Positions 48,099-56,875 of a stretch of DNA of 64,000 nucleotides are shown in pieces. Position numbers and translations under genes: made by a program. This DNA is from a virus (taxonomy: Duplodnaviria; Caudoviricetes), in the IMG/VR virus record IMGVR_UViG_3300028048_000066, positions 32,001 through 96,000 of that record. One strand, written 5' to 3'. Position 1 is the stretch's first letter. Each line of letters starts with the position of its first letter. Under the pieces are notes generated by a model that saw only the letters and a list, made by a program, of their open reading frames with translations, was not told the origin of the DNA and ran no database searches.

Positions 48099-48127
48099 TT
48101 GAAATTATAAAAATATTGTGGTATAAT
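48099..48127 (+). promoter_or_regulatory. sigmaA promoter with extended -10, no downstream ORF
   Basis: TTGAAA-N17-TATAAT, TGn at 48119. Confidence 0.75.
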
Positions 48128-48133
48128 ATATGT

Positions 48134-48318
48134 GACAGGTGTGTGAGTAAAACCTCCGATTTTGTGTGATTATTATGTGATTATTAAATGGTAAGCATAA
48201 ACAAACTACTTACACACCCTTGCTTACCTCAACAATGAATAATAAATAAGACGGTTATAGTCATTTAAATGCTCCAGAGAAAAGGATACTTTGATTTAAT
48301 ATCAGGTGTCCTTTTTTC
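48134..48318 (+). ncRNA. Candidate ~185-nt structured small RNA (pseudoknot-type pairing)
   Basis: Own promoter and terminator (48277-48318); 12-bp helix 48138-48149/48207-48218; 8-bp helix 48190-48197/48221-48228; no RBS-led ORF. Confidence 0.65.
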
Positions 48319-48321
48319 ATA

Positions 48322-48332
48322 TGCTAAATTAA
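48322..48332 (+). promoter_or_regulatory. TGCTAAATTAA motif, putative late promoter
   Basis: 17-bp identity (TGCTAAATTAAATGATT) with 63554. Confidence 0.55.
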
Positions 48333-48334
48333 AT

Positions 48335-48442
48335 GATTGAATGTTGATGGGGAAGTCCTTATCCTTTCAACTTCTTCATTTAACATACATATATAAAGGT
48401 TCTATCTATGTTGAGTAATCCATAGGTAGAACTTTTATTTTT
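48335..48442 (+). ncRNA. Candidate ~105-nt two-hairpin small RNA with CU-rich loop
   Basis: Hairpin 48341-48386 with loop CCUUAUCCUUUCA; 18-bp terminator stem 48393-48438; no RBS-led ORF. Confidence 0.6.
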
Positions 48443-48462
48443 AGAAACTTATTAAAAAGTGC

Positions 48463-48491
48463 TTGACATTTCTATTTAAAAGTAGTATAAT
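48463..48491 (+). promoter_or_regulatory. Strong early sigmaA promoter
   Basis: TTGACA-N17-TATAAT. Confidence 0.85.
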
Positions 48492-48520
48492 AGTATAAGA
48501 AATAGATAGTGAGGTGTACT

Positions 48521-48751
48521 ATGAATCAAAACGAGATTAGAGAAAAGTATTTGGATATGTTGAGTGCAAAATACAATGGAGTTGGCGATTTAGTATTCAG
48601 CGATTTTGATGATATTTTGAATTTAACAGAAGGATATGTAAATGCAGTTATTGATGTTAAATCTGCATTAGGTATTAAAGATAGAATTGATGTTGAATCT
48701 TTCTATAGAGATGCTAGAAAGTTTTTTGTGAGTAAACAAAAGCAATACTAG
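48521..48751 (+). CDS. Hypothetical early protein
   Basis: GAGGTG RBS before ATG 48521. Confidence 0.6.
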   Translation: MNQNEIREKYLDMLSAKYNGVGDLVFSDFDDILNLTEGYVNAVIDVKSALGIKDRIDVESFYRDARKFFVSKQKQY

Positions 48752-48760
48752 AGGTGAATT

Positions 48761-49123
48761 ATGAACAAAGAAATTATTGAAGTAACAACTTATGAGCAAC
48801 TTGGAGAACTTTACGACCATAATGCAATGACTTGGGAAGGTCTTGTTGAAGAAGATTTTCAAGAAGCAATTGATAGGTGTGGTGATGAAGGTGCGAAAGG
48901 ATATTTAACGAAGGGAAAAGTTATGAACGAGATTTGTCATCTTGAAGGTAAATATGCTTATCCAGATGACTTGAATATTTTTTCAGTCTATCCATTTAAG
49001 GGCATTGCTTCTAACTATTGTGCGAGATGGATGGATAACATTATTGATGGTATTGCATATGATGTAGGAGACTACCACCCATTTTATTATCCAGCATCTG
49101 TTATTGAGGTTAGCAATGAGTGA
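48761..49123 (+). CDS. Hypothetical early protein
   Basis: GAGGTG RBS. Confidence 0.6.
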   Translation: MNKEIIEVTTYEQLGELYDHNAMTWEGLVEEDFQEAIDRCGDEGAKGYLTKGKVMNEICHLEGKYAYPDDLNIFSVYPFKGIASNYCARWMDNIIDGIAYDVGDYHPFYYPASVIEVSNE

Positions 49124-49499
49124 TAAAGATATTGTAGAGAAATACGACAGACAATTAAAAGCAAGGATTATAGCAGTTGATTTTGACAATACTATAACCT
49201 TGCCTTGTCCTTATCCATACACAGGTGAGTTAAATAAGACAGCAAAGAAGTATTTAGACAAGTTGCACAATAAAGGTTATAGATTGGTTCTGTGGTCTGC
49301 TAGAATAGAAAAAGACTATGAGGAAGCATATAACTTATGTGTGAATGAATTTGGTATGCCTTATATTGAAAAAGACACAAATGATTTAGTTCACGGTGTA
49401 TCTGGAAAGTTAATAGCATCCTTCTATATTGATGACTTAGCACATCCAGGAAAACTTAACTGGAGAAAATTATACAAATATATTACAAAAAATATTTAA
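49116..49499 (+). CDS. Capless HAD-superfamily phosphatase
   Basis: IAVDFDNTI, LWSAR, K..YIDD. Confidence 0.85.
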   Translation: MSDKDIVEKYDRQLKARIIAVDFDNTITLPCPYPYTGELNKTAKKYLDKLHNKGYRLVLWSARIEKDYEEAYNLCVNEFGMPYIEKDTNDLVHGVSGKLIASFYIDDLAHPGKLNWRKLYKYITKNI

Positions 49500-49505
49500 A
49501 ACACA

Positions 49506-49534
49506 TTGAATTTCTTTGGTTTTAATTGTATAAT
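49506..49534 (+). promoter_or_regulatory. sigmaA promoter
   Basis: TTGAAT-N17-TATAAT. Confidence 0.65.
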
Positions 49535-49565
49535 ATAGTATAAAAATAAATGGAAGGTAGATTAG

Positions 49566-49793
49566 ATGGTTAAGGTTGAAATAATTAACAATGGAGAAGG
49601 ACACCATAACAACATTACTTGTATATCCTGTATGTCACAAGATAATGAAATATCCTATGGGTTAAGAATTTTCAATCCGTATGGTGAGAGTAAGATTTTG
49701 TTGTGTAAAGAATGTTTAGACCAATTAAAAACAGAGTTGGAATTTTTAGAAGTTGTTAAAGAAGATTCAGAAGATTTAAATGAGGAAAAATAG
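49566..49793 (+). CDS. Small Zn-finger protein
   Basis: CISC..CKEC. Confidence 0.6.
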   Translation: MVKVEIINNGEGHHNNITCISCMSQDNEISYGLRIFNPYGESKILLCKECLDQLKTELEFLEVVKEDSEDLNEEK

Positions 49794-49796
49794 TCT

Positions 49797-50771
49797 ATGG
49801 CAAATTTAGTTGAAGCATTTGATAAACTTGGAAAGATTTATAATGATGGTGTGGAAGAGAATGATAATAAATATCCTTTCCTTCCAGAAGCATACAAGAC
49901 ATTAACAGAGAAGTTTGTAGCAAAAGTTGAAGATGAATTAAAAGTTCACATTATAGATTTAGAATATCTTGATGGGTATTATATTTTTGGTTATGGCACA
50001 AACTCTGTTATTCATTTTAGAATCAAAGAGTGTAAAGGTTGGAAGTTTGGTATTTGGTGGGATTATAATGAAGAAGAACACTTCAAATATAGTGGTGAAC
50101 TTTTTGCACAATATGAAAAAGCAATAGACAAGTTCAAACCAGAAGATTCAGAACTTGTTGAAAACATCCAAGTAAGTGAAGTAGAAAACTTTGAAAAGGA
50201 TAGTGCTTGGACTACAATGCCAATTAAGATGATTAAATATATCAAAGATTATCCTGCATTTGCTTTCTGCACTCATTGGTCTGGTTGGAGTGGTAAGTAT
50301 GATTATATGCCATATCGTAAAGCAAAGAAAGAATTAAAGTGGTTCAATAGAAGTGATTATCTTTGTGAGTTAGCAAACAAATGGTTGACTAATAGAGTTA
50401 TAAGATTTATTAAGTGGAACTTCTTAAGATACTTACCAAAGAAATGGGAGATTGTTGATAGAGGCGATGCTTGGTATCCTAGATATGAAATAGTGATGCC
50501 AATGAGTGCATTTGAAGATGCAACTGAAAAAGATTGTGGGATTTGGAGATTTGATGAGACAAATATTCCTAATGCTGAAAGAAAACTAAAGAGATTAAAG
50601 AAGTTTGATAAGTTAGAAAAAAAGTTAAGCAAGATGAAAATATTTAAGGGTGGTATGTCTTATATCAATGGTACAAGAAACATTAGGGCGTGTATAAATG
50701 TTTATAATGACAAAAAATTAAAAGAGATGGTAAAAACAAAATTAAAAGAGATGATAGAAGAGGAAGAATAA
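49797..50771 (+). CDS. Hypothetical protein, paralogue of 36557..37492
   Basis: FRIKECKGWKFGIW..LFAQYEKAIDKFKP. Confidence 0.65.
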   Translation: MANLVEAFDKLGKIYNDGVEENDNKYPFLPEAYKTLTEKFVAKVEDELKVHIIDLEYLDGYYIFGYGTNSVIHFRIKECKGWKFGIWWDYNEEEHFKYSGELFAQYEKAIDKFKPEDSELVENIQVSEVENFEKDSAWTTMPIKMIKYIKDYPAFAFCTHWSGWSGKYDYMPYRKAKKELKWFNRSDYLCELANKWLTNRVIRFIKWNFLRYLPKKWEIVDRGDAWYPRYEIVMPMSAFEDATEKDCGIWRFDETNIPNAERKLKRLKKFDKLEKKLSKMKIFKGGMSYINGTRNIRACINVYNDKKLKEMVKTKLKEMIEEEE

Positions 50772-50772
50772 G

Positions 50773-51027
50773 ATGAAAGATTTGGTGAAAGGAAAGAGAA
50801 GAAGCAAAATTTATTTTAGACCAATTGTAGTCACCACAAACTTAGACGAGTTCAAAGACTTAACAGAAAGATACAGAAGATATAGAAGAGTGTTTCTAGT
50901 AAGTGAACATAGATATAATAGTTTCACAGGTGAGCAAGTTAAATATTCTTATTTGGAATTAAGGACTATCAATAAAGTATTTAGATATATGAGTTATACA
51001 TTACCACATTTTGAGGAATTCAATTAA
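50773..51027 (+). CDS. Hypothetical basic protein
   Basis: Coupled ORF. Confidence 0.55.
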   Translation: MKDLVKGKRRSKIYFRPIVVTTNLDEFKDLTERYRRYRRVFLVSEHRYNSFTGEQVKYSYLELRTINKVFRYMSYTLPHFEEFN

Positions 51028-51078
51028 AGCGATGACTTCGTGTAATCGTATATATGCAAAAATAAGACGAGATTGAAT

Positions 51079-51120
51079 AATGTGTCTACAATGTTTCTAA
51101 AATTCATTGTAGAGCATTTT
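51079..51120 (+). terminator. Hairpin: terminator or processing stem
   Basis: Perfect TCTACAATG/CATTGTAGA inverted repeat, extendable, followed by a short T run. Confidence 0.5.
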
Positions 51121-51143
51121 AATAAGCGAGAGAGGTATAATAT

Positions 51144-52136
51144 ATGAAATATTTCGTAACAAGTGATGTACACAGTTTCTATACACCTTTTATAGAGGCA
51201 TTAGAGAGTTCTGGATTTGATGTAAACAACCCAGAGCATATTCTAGTAGTTAATGGTGATTTATTTGATAGAGGTGAAGAAACAATTAAGTTGCTTAACT
51301 ACATTAAAGCATTGCCAAAAGAAAGAAGGGTTTTAATTAGAGGTAACCACGAATATCTTTTAATGGATTTACTAAATAAAACATATCCAGAAAGACACGA
51401 CTGGTCTAATGGAACTGTATTTACTTGCTATCATTTATATACAAACTTATATCCAAAATCAGAATTAGCGAGAAGATACAAAGATGTGAGAGCATTAGAA
51501 AAGAATTGGATTGCATTGATGGGTTGGAAAGAAGTTCAAGCATTTAACTATGTGATGGAGATGATACTTACAGAACCAATGTGGACTAGAATGTGCAATG
51601 AAATAAAGAAGTCTGGCATTATAGAGTGGGTAAAAAGCGATGAATGGGTTGACTATTTTGAGGTTGATGATTACATTATTACACATAGTTTCATTCCAAC
51701 AGAGAAAAGAGTCTCAACATATTTTGATGATAGATATGATATAATTGAAAACTGGAGAGAATTGAAAGGAAATGCTTGGATTGATGCTACTTGGGGTTGT
51801 CCTTATAGATTGTTTGATTTGGGATTATTTAATAGAGAGATAGAAAAAGGTAAGACATTAGTTTGTGGTCATTGGCATTGTTCTGCTTTTCATTTACATT
51901 ATGAATCTAAATATAGCACACAAGATAGAAATAACTATGAAAATTGCTTAAATGAAATATACTGTGGAGATAATCTTATAGCAATAGATGGTTGTACAGT
52001 ATTAAGTGGAATAGTAAATGTGTTAGTTATAGATAATGGTAAACTCTATGACCAGCACCAACAAGAACTTACAAAAGAGTTAAGTGAATCCAGAGTACAA
52101 TTAAAGCATCCTATAATAGAAACAGTTACAGTATAA
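51144..52136 (+). CDS. Metallophosphoesterase (Ser/Thr phosphatase-like)
   Basis: SDVH, GDLFDRG, RGNHE, TH, GHWH, ID. Confidence 0.88.
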   Translation: MKYFVTSDVHSFYTPFIEALESSGFDVNNPEHILVVNGDLFDRGEETIKLLNYIKALPKERRVLIRGNHEYLLMDLLNKTYPERHDWSNGTVFTCYHLYTNLYPKSELARRYKDVRALEKNWIALMGWKEVQAFNYVMEMILTEPMWTRMCNEIKKSGIIEWVKSDEWVDYFEVDDYIITHSFIPTEKRVSTYFDDRYDIIENWRELKGNAWIDATWGCPYRLFDLGLFNREIEKGKTLVCGHWHCSAFHLHYESKYSTQDRNNYENCLNEIYCGDNLIAIDGCTVLSGIVNVLVIDNGKLYDQHQQELTKELSESRVQLKHPIIETVTV

Positions 52137-52277
52137 AATTTTCCCCTTTACAATCCCTTTATTATACTACTATATATCTCTATTATAGTACTAGGTAAAG
52201 TAATTTTTCCAAAAGAAAAATTACAATAAAAAGAAAAGGTAAGGGCATTAAAGAAATAAATAAAAAGTAATTAAGGA

Positions 52278-52306
52278 TTGAAATTATTTAAAAAAAGTGG
52301 TATAAT
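52278..52306 (+). promoter_or_regulatory. sigmaA promoter (extended -10)
   Basis: TTGAAA-N17-TATAAT with TGG. Confidence 0.7.
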
Positions 52307-52376
52307 ATTATTAGTAACCTCAGCAACTTCAAAAGAGTTGGAAGTATAAAATAAAGTTTTAGAAGGAGAATGAAAT

Positions 52377-53234
52377 ATGTCAATTTATAGTGGCAAGTAT
52401 GATTTAGCAGACCACATTGCAGGTCAAGGTGGTTGGTTTAACAAAGAAGGTAAACCAGTAGAGTTTGGTGATAAAGATACTTATGTGTTTTGTTCAGATG
52501 AGTATAGAGACTTTTTAGCATTTAAGAAAAAGACAGGTGGAGTTATTCATCAACACATTAAAGTTGAGGTAACCCCTTGGAATTTAGATTTTATTAAAGA
52601 GCATTGTAAAGATTTTGACTATATCAAGAATGTTGAGAAAGTTCCAGACAATAGAACAAAAGAAGGTTATAGAGAAAAGACAACCTTTACTTATTACTAT
52701 TGGAAACAAGAACACAATGACTTAAAGAAATTAAACAAGCAAGGTGTATATATTACTCTTGATATTCATTTCAATACAATTTTAGATTTGATTCCATACT
52801 ATCCTTATTTAGTTGGTGTTTGTTATACTGATAATGATGGTAGACAGGTTGTTTATATTTCAAATCAAAGTTTCGTTATTAAAGAAAGAAATGAAATGTT
52901 ACGAGGTGGATTTGAAGACCTATGGGAATATTACAATAAGAAATTACAAGACCATTATAGAGAAGTTGTTTTAAGATATTTTAATCCAGAAGGTAGGGAA
53001 CATATAGAAGAATTAACCTTTGATGAAAATAGACAATCAAAAGTATCTAAACCTATTGATGAAAACTTTGATGTTGAGTGGGATACTAATAAACCACATT
53101 GGACATCACCAAAAGTAATAGATTATGATAAAGGTATTATTGAAATGTCAGAAGAAGATTATAATTACTATTTAGGTAAGACAATGAAAGTTAAATATGT
53201 AGAAAAGAAAGAACACGAGGTGCATTTATGGTAA
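52377..53234 (+). CDS. Hypothetical protein
   Basis: GAAGGAG RBS; MSIYSGKYDLADH and DLIPYYPY motifs. Confidence 0.65.
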   Translation: MSIYSGKYDLADHIAGQGGWFNKEGKPVEFGDKDTYVFCSDEYRDFLAFKKKTGGVIHQHIKVEVTPWNLDFIKEHCKDFDYIKNVEKVPDNRTKEGYREKTTFTYYYWKQEHNDLKKLNKQGVYITLDIHFNTILDLIPYYPYLVGVCYTDNDGRQVVYISNQSFVIKERNEMLRGGFEDLWEYYNKKLQDHYREVVLRYFNPEGREHIEELTFDENRQSKVSKPIDENFDVEWDTNKPHWTSPKVIDYDKGIIEMSEEDYNYYLGKTMKVKYVEKKEHEVHLW

Positions 53235-53473
53235 GTAAAGACAGAATAAAATTAAGAGAAATTACTGAACAAGTTAGCGATTTTATATGGATGCTAATAG
53301 AAGTAAGTGGTGACTTGAAAGATATAGAAGATAACAATGAAGATACTGAAGAAATTAAATGTGAATTGGATAATGCAGATGAGTATTTGAATATGGCAGT
53401 AAGACATTTAAGCACTTTCTGTGAATCTATTGATAAAGCATACAATATAGTTAAGGGGCAAGAGAACAAATGA
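53228..53473 (+). CDS. Hypothetical acidic helical protein
   Basis: GAGGTG RBS. Confidence 0.6.
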   Translation: MVSKDRIKLREITEQVSDFIWMLIEVSGDLKDIEDNNEDTEEIKCELDNADEYLNMAVRHLSTFCESIDKAYNIVKGQENK

Positions 53474-54105
53474 GAGAAATTAAGTTTAGAGGAAAAAGAA
53501 TAGATACTGGTGAGTGGGTATATGGATACCTTGTCAATAGTGGGCATCAAATAAATCCATATGAAGAGTTTTGGTGGATTGCTAAAAATCGTTATGATAT
53601 TGGAACAGTATTTAATGAAGAAAGTTGTGATGATACATTTATCTGGAATAGAGTAGAACCAGATACAATAGGTCAATATACAGGTTTAAAAGACAAGAAT
53701 GGTATAGAGATTTACGAAGGAGATATTATTAAACTTTCAGCCATTAGAAAAGATTCTCGCACAGGAAAGGTTGAATACGACATTAGTTCTTGTAGTTATA
53801 GAATTACTGGAGATAAATTTAATTATTCACTAGTTATTTCAAAAGAAGATACTGAAGTTATAGGCAACATTTACGATAATCCAGAACTTTTTGAAGATAA
53901 TAAAATGGAAGAAGATATAATTACAGAACAATTCGGAGCAAACCAAACAATTATTGACACAGATGAGGAAAAATGTGTTGGAGATGTTAGACCAGAAGAT
54001 ATTCCTTATGATGAATATATGCAGGTTGTTAGAGAGAATGAAGAACTAAAAGAAACCATTGTTAAATTAGTAAAGAAATTAAATGGATGTTTATTTTTTG
54101 ATTAA
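53470..54105 (+). CDS. YopX-family protein with fused C-terminal extension
   Basis: MREIKFRGKR..WVYG..TIGQYTGLKDKNG.EIYEGDI..EVIGNIYDNPEL. Confidence 0.9.
   Translation: MREIKFRGKRIDTGEWVYGYLVNSGHQINPYEEFWWIAKNRYDIGTVFNEESCDDTFIWNRVEPDTIGQYTGLKDKNGIEIYEGDIIKLSAIRKDSRTGKVEYDISSCSYRITGDKFNYSLVISKEDTEVIGNIYDNPELFEDNKMEEDIITEQFGANQTIIDTDEEKCVGDVRPEDIPYDEYMQVVRENEELKETIVKLVKKLNGCLFFD
53960..54104 (+). repeat. ~145-bp duplicated segment, copy 1
   Basis: First 62 bp identical to 59923-59984; the rest is highly similar. Confidence 0.92.
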
Positions 54106-54116
54106 GGAGAATAAAA

Positions 54117-54743
54117 ATGAAACCAATGATAATACCATATAATGAAAAAACATTCACACCAGAAGAAGTTAAAGCGGGAATGGTGATAGAATTTATAGAC
54201 TTTTTAATGAAACAAGATGCAAAGTCAAATGAAATTAAAGATAAAAAAAGAAGTTCAAATTATGGTTATACGAATATTAACATAATAAGTAGTGATGGTT
54301 ATTATGTGACTGTTCAATGGTGTGAGGTGTTATTTAATGATGATTCACCAAAGTTTGAGTTTGTAAATGAAGGTGAAACAGTCGCAACAGTATTAGAACT
54401 TCCAGATAATTCTACTATACTTTGTTGGGATGAAGATGATGCAAAAGAAACATTAGATGAATTCCTTAAAGAACATCCATATTACAAAAAGAATGAATAT
54501 GGACACTGGTATAACGAGAATGAGCAAAAAGAGTGGGAAGAATGGGTAAAGAAAAATAATCCAGAATATGCAGAAGTGTTTGATATAAAGGATGATTTAA
54601 GCAATTTACATATAGGTGACCATACAGACCATACAGAAGATGGGTATGATATAGTGGAGTGTATTGCTAATGATGAACAAGGTGAAAATTGTGATAATGA
54701 TTGTGATACTTGTAAATATAATTTAAATAAGAAAGGTGAATAA
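54117..54743 (+). CDS. Hypothetical protein
   Basis: AAGGAG RBS; C-terminal Cys cluster. Confidence 0.6.
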   Translation: MKPMIIPYNEKTFTPEEVKAGMVIEFIDFLMKQDAKSNEIKDKKRSSNYGYTNINIISSDGYYVTVQWCEVLFNDDSPKFEFVNEGETVATVLELPDNSTILCWDEDDAKETLDEFLKEHPYYKKNEYGHWYNENEQKEWEEWVKKNNPEYAEVFDIKDDLSNLHIGDHTDHTEDGYDIVECIANDEQGENCDNDCDTCKYNLNKKGE

Positions 54744-54745
54744 TT

Positions 54746-55258
54746 ATGAGTGATAAAAATAAAAAACAATATAAACAAGATATTAAAAGACATCAAAAAG
54801 AATTAGTTAAGATTGCAAAGTCTACATACCCTTGGGACTATTTTTATTCATTTGATTTTATCATTGAGCATCTTAAAATGATGAAAGATTATTATAATGT
54901 TGGTTATAATGTTTGGAGTATTGAAGAGGATGTGTTGGAAAGAAAAGAAATTATAGATAAATTACTTTATGAGTATGATTCTTATCTTGACTTACCAAGA
55001 ATTGAAAGAGAAAAAATTGCAAAAAAGTTGGGTGTAGAAGTAGATAAAGTAGAGGACAACTTTAATCGTATTGAAACAGAAGAAATAATCAAATTAGATG
55101 GTAAAGAAACTAAATGCACTGGTATGAAGTTTGAAGAAAAATATTATCCATATGAAGTGTGGACAAATTATATTAGAATGGTAAGCAAAACAGAAGAAAA
55201 ACACTTTGATAATTTTATAGAGTTAATGAAAAGTGGATTTAGAAAATTATGTGATTAA
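54746..55258 (+). CDS. Hypothetical protein
   Basis: PWDY motif; GAAAGGTG RBS. Confidence 0.6.
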   Translation: MSDKNKKQYKQDIKRHQKELVKIAKSTYPWDYFYSFDFIIEHLKMMKDYYNVGYNVWSIEEDVLERKEIIDKLLYEYDSYLDLPRIEREKIAKKLGVEVDKVEDNFNRIETEEIIKLDGKETKCTGMKFEEKYYPYEVWTNYIRMVSKTEEKHFDNFIELMKSGFRKLCD

Positions 55259-55268
55259 GGAGTATACT

Positions 55269-55754
55269 ATGGGATGTAATTATTATTTAGAACATAAAAA
55301 CGGAGATTATTGGAATTTACCTAAGTCAGATAAACTTGGTGAAAAGGTAAACAGATTAGTAGTAAGTTCTAAAAACTATGGTTGGAGAACACAAACTTTA
55401 TACATTGATGATTTAACTGAAAAGACTTATAAATTACATATTGGTAAAAAGTCTGCTGGTTGGAGATTTTCTTTATGTATGTATCCTTTCTTAAATATTT
55501 ACACATTAGATGATTGGAAGATAAAACTAAATAAGAAAGATTCATATGTAGTTGTAGATGAATATGGGGATGAGGTTAGTGTTGAAGATTTGCTGAAAGA
55601 AATTGAAGATAAAGATGAAACATTATTAGCACACACAACAAGTTTTTATGACACAAGAGATAAAAGTGGTTTTGATGACTTCTTACCAACAATCTCAACA
55701 TATATCAACACTTCAGGTGGATATGATTTAACACCTGATTGGGATTTTTGTTAA
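55269..55754 (+). CDS. Hypothetical phage protein
   Basis: MGCNYY..LHIGKKSAGWRF..DEYG; AAGGAG RBS. Confidence 0.65.
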   Translation: MGCNYYLEHKNGDYWNLPKSDKLGEKVNRLVVSSKNYGWRTQTLYIDDLTEKTYKLHIGKKSAGWRFSLCMYPFLNIYTLDDWKIKLNKKDSYVVVDEYGDEVSVEDLLKEIEDKDETLLAHTTSFYDTRDKSGFDDFLPTISTYINTSGGYDLTPDWDFC

Positions 55755-55810
55755 TTTAATGGTGGTATTTTTCTATGTCACTGTAGATGGAGAGGAAAGG
55801 AGAAAGAATT

Positions 55811-56110
55811 ATGAAATTAAAAAAGTATCAAGTAGTATTTGTAGATGAGTATAACAATTGGTATCTTATTGGTTTCTTTGATAATTTATTAGATGCCGAA
55901 CCAGAAGTAAATAGTATGTTAAAAGACTATAAGATGATAGATGATGATGGTGAAGAAGTAGAGTGTCAATTTGGTAATGATACACTATTAGGACATTTAG
56001 AAGAATATCCTAGCACTTTCTCTATGTGCTTTGATAGAATTATTGAAGTAAGTGAGGGGTGTGTAGAAGTTAGAGGATTTATATTTAATGAGGTAGAAGA
56101 TGAAGATTAG
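55811..56110 (+). CDS. Hypothetical protein
   Basis: GAAAGGAG RBS. Confidence 0.6.
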   Translation: MKLKKYQVVFVDEYNNWYLIGFFDNLLDAEPEVNSMLKDYKMIDDDGEEVECQFGNDTLLGHLEEYPSTFSMCFDRIIEVSEGCVEVRGFIFNEVEDED

Positions 56111-56594
56111 AAAGTGGGAAGAATTTTATAGAATCTGCAAAGAGTATTTAGATTTAATTATAGAAGCAGCACAAGATTCCGTAGTATTAAGTAAAGATTC
56201 ACAAGATAAATTTAAGTTCTATTCAGAGTGTATTAAGAATTTGTTTGCACTTATATATGATAACTGGGACTATGTTGAATGCACACCTGATTTCTTTAAT
56301 ATTGAAACAACAAGTGAAGATAGAGAGAAGTGGAAAGATGACAATGAGGTTTGCACATTTGAAGGTATGTGGGAATTCTTTGGATATAGGATTCCAGTAT
56401 ATGTAGATGATAATGGTCAACAAATGTACATCAAGTTTGAGATGTGTGATGGAGATGTTGTAGAATTATATAATGGTGCATATAATATTTCCAGTGATGG
56501 TTGTGCCTATCAAGTATTAGAATTCATTGAGAGAGACATTATAAATCAACTCAAAATCTATATTAAAAAAGTATCTGGAATTGATTTTGATTAA
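56100..56594 (+). CDS. Hypothetical protein
   Basis: GAGGT RBS. Confidence 0.6.
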   Translation: MKIRKWEEFYRICKEYLDLIIEAAQDSVVLSKDSQDKFKFYSECIKNLFALIYDNWDYVECTPDFFNIETTSEDREKWKDDNEVCTFEGMWEFFGYRIPVYVDDNGQQMYIKFEMCDGDVVELYNGAYNISSDGCAYQVLEFIERDIINQLKIYIKKVSGIDFD

Positions 56595-56610
56595 AAGTTT
56601 TAAAAAGTTC

Positions 56611-56639
56611 TTGACATTTGTGATTAAAAGTTGTATAAT
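56611..56639 (+). promoter_or_regulatory. Strong early sigmaA promoter
   Basis: TTGACA-N17-TATAAT. Confidence 0.85.
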
Positions 56640-56666
56640 ATATATAGTGAGAAAAAGGACATCAGT

Positions 56667-56873
56667 ATGAGAAAGGAAGATATTGATATTTATTTGAATA
56701 AAGATGTTTTAGTGACCACATTTAGTGAATCTTTGCTTTGTGGTCATTTAGAATATAATACAAGTGAGATGTTTAGAAACAATAATTATATGCTCACTAA
56801 TACAGGTAGTGATTATACATACTACTTTAATGAAGATGTAGTAGAGAATATAAAAGAAAAGAAAGGAGAATAA
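56667..56873 (+). CDS. Small Sm/LSm-like beta protein (tentative)
   Basis: YLNKDVLVT..LCGHL..NYML pattern. Confidence 0.4.
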   Translation: MRKEDIDIYLNKDVLVTTFSESLLCGHLEYNTSEMFRNNNYMLTNTGSDYTYYFNEDVVENIKEKKGE

Positions 56874-56875
56874 AA

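Noticed and set aside
48165-48186. Telomerase/retron-like template (short repeat within a pseudoknot)
   Set aside because: No reverse transcriptase in the window and no arrays of the repeat elsewhere; analogy only.
48134-48442. tRNA, tmRNA, SRP, self-cleaving ribozyme or CRISPR mini-array
   Set aside because: No T-loop/CCA cloverleaf, tag ORF, recognisable ribozyme core or repeat-spacer periodicity. Kept as unclassified ncRNA candidates.
7236-51046. TCGTGTAAT seen at about 7237, 7369 and 51038
   Set aside because: Two copies lie within the SNF2 coding sequence (Ser-Cys-Asn) with no consistent context; probably chance.
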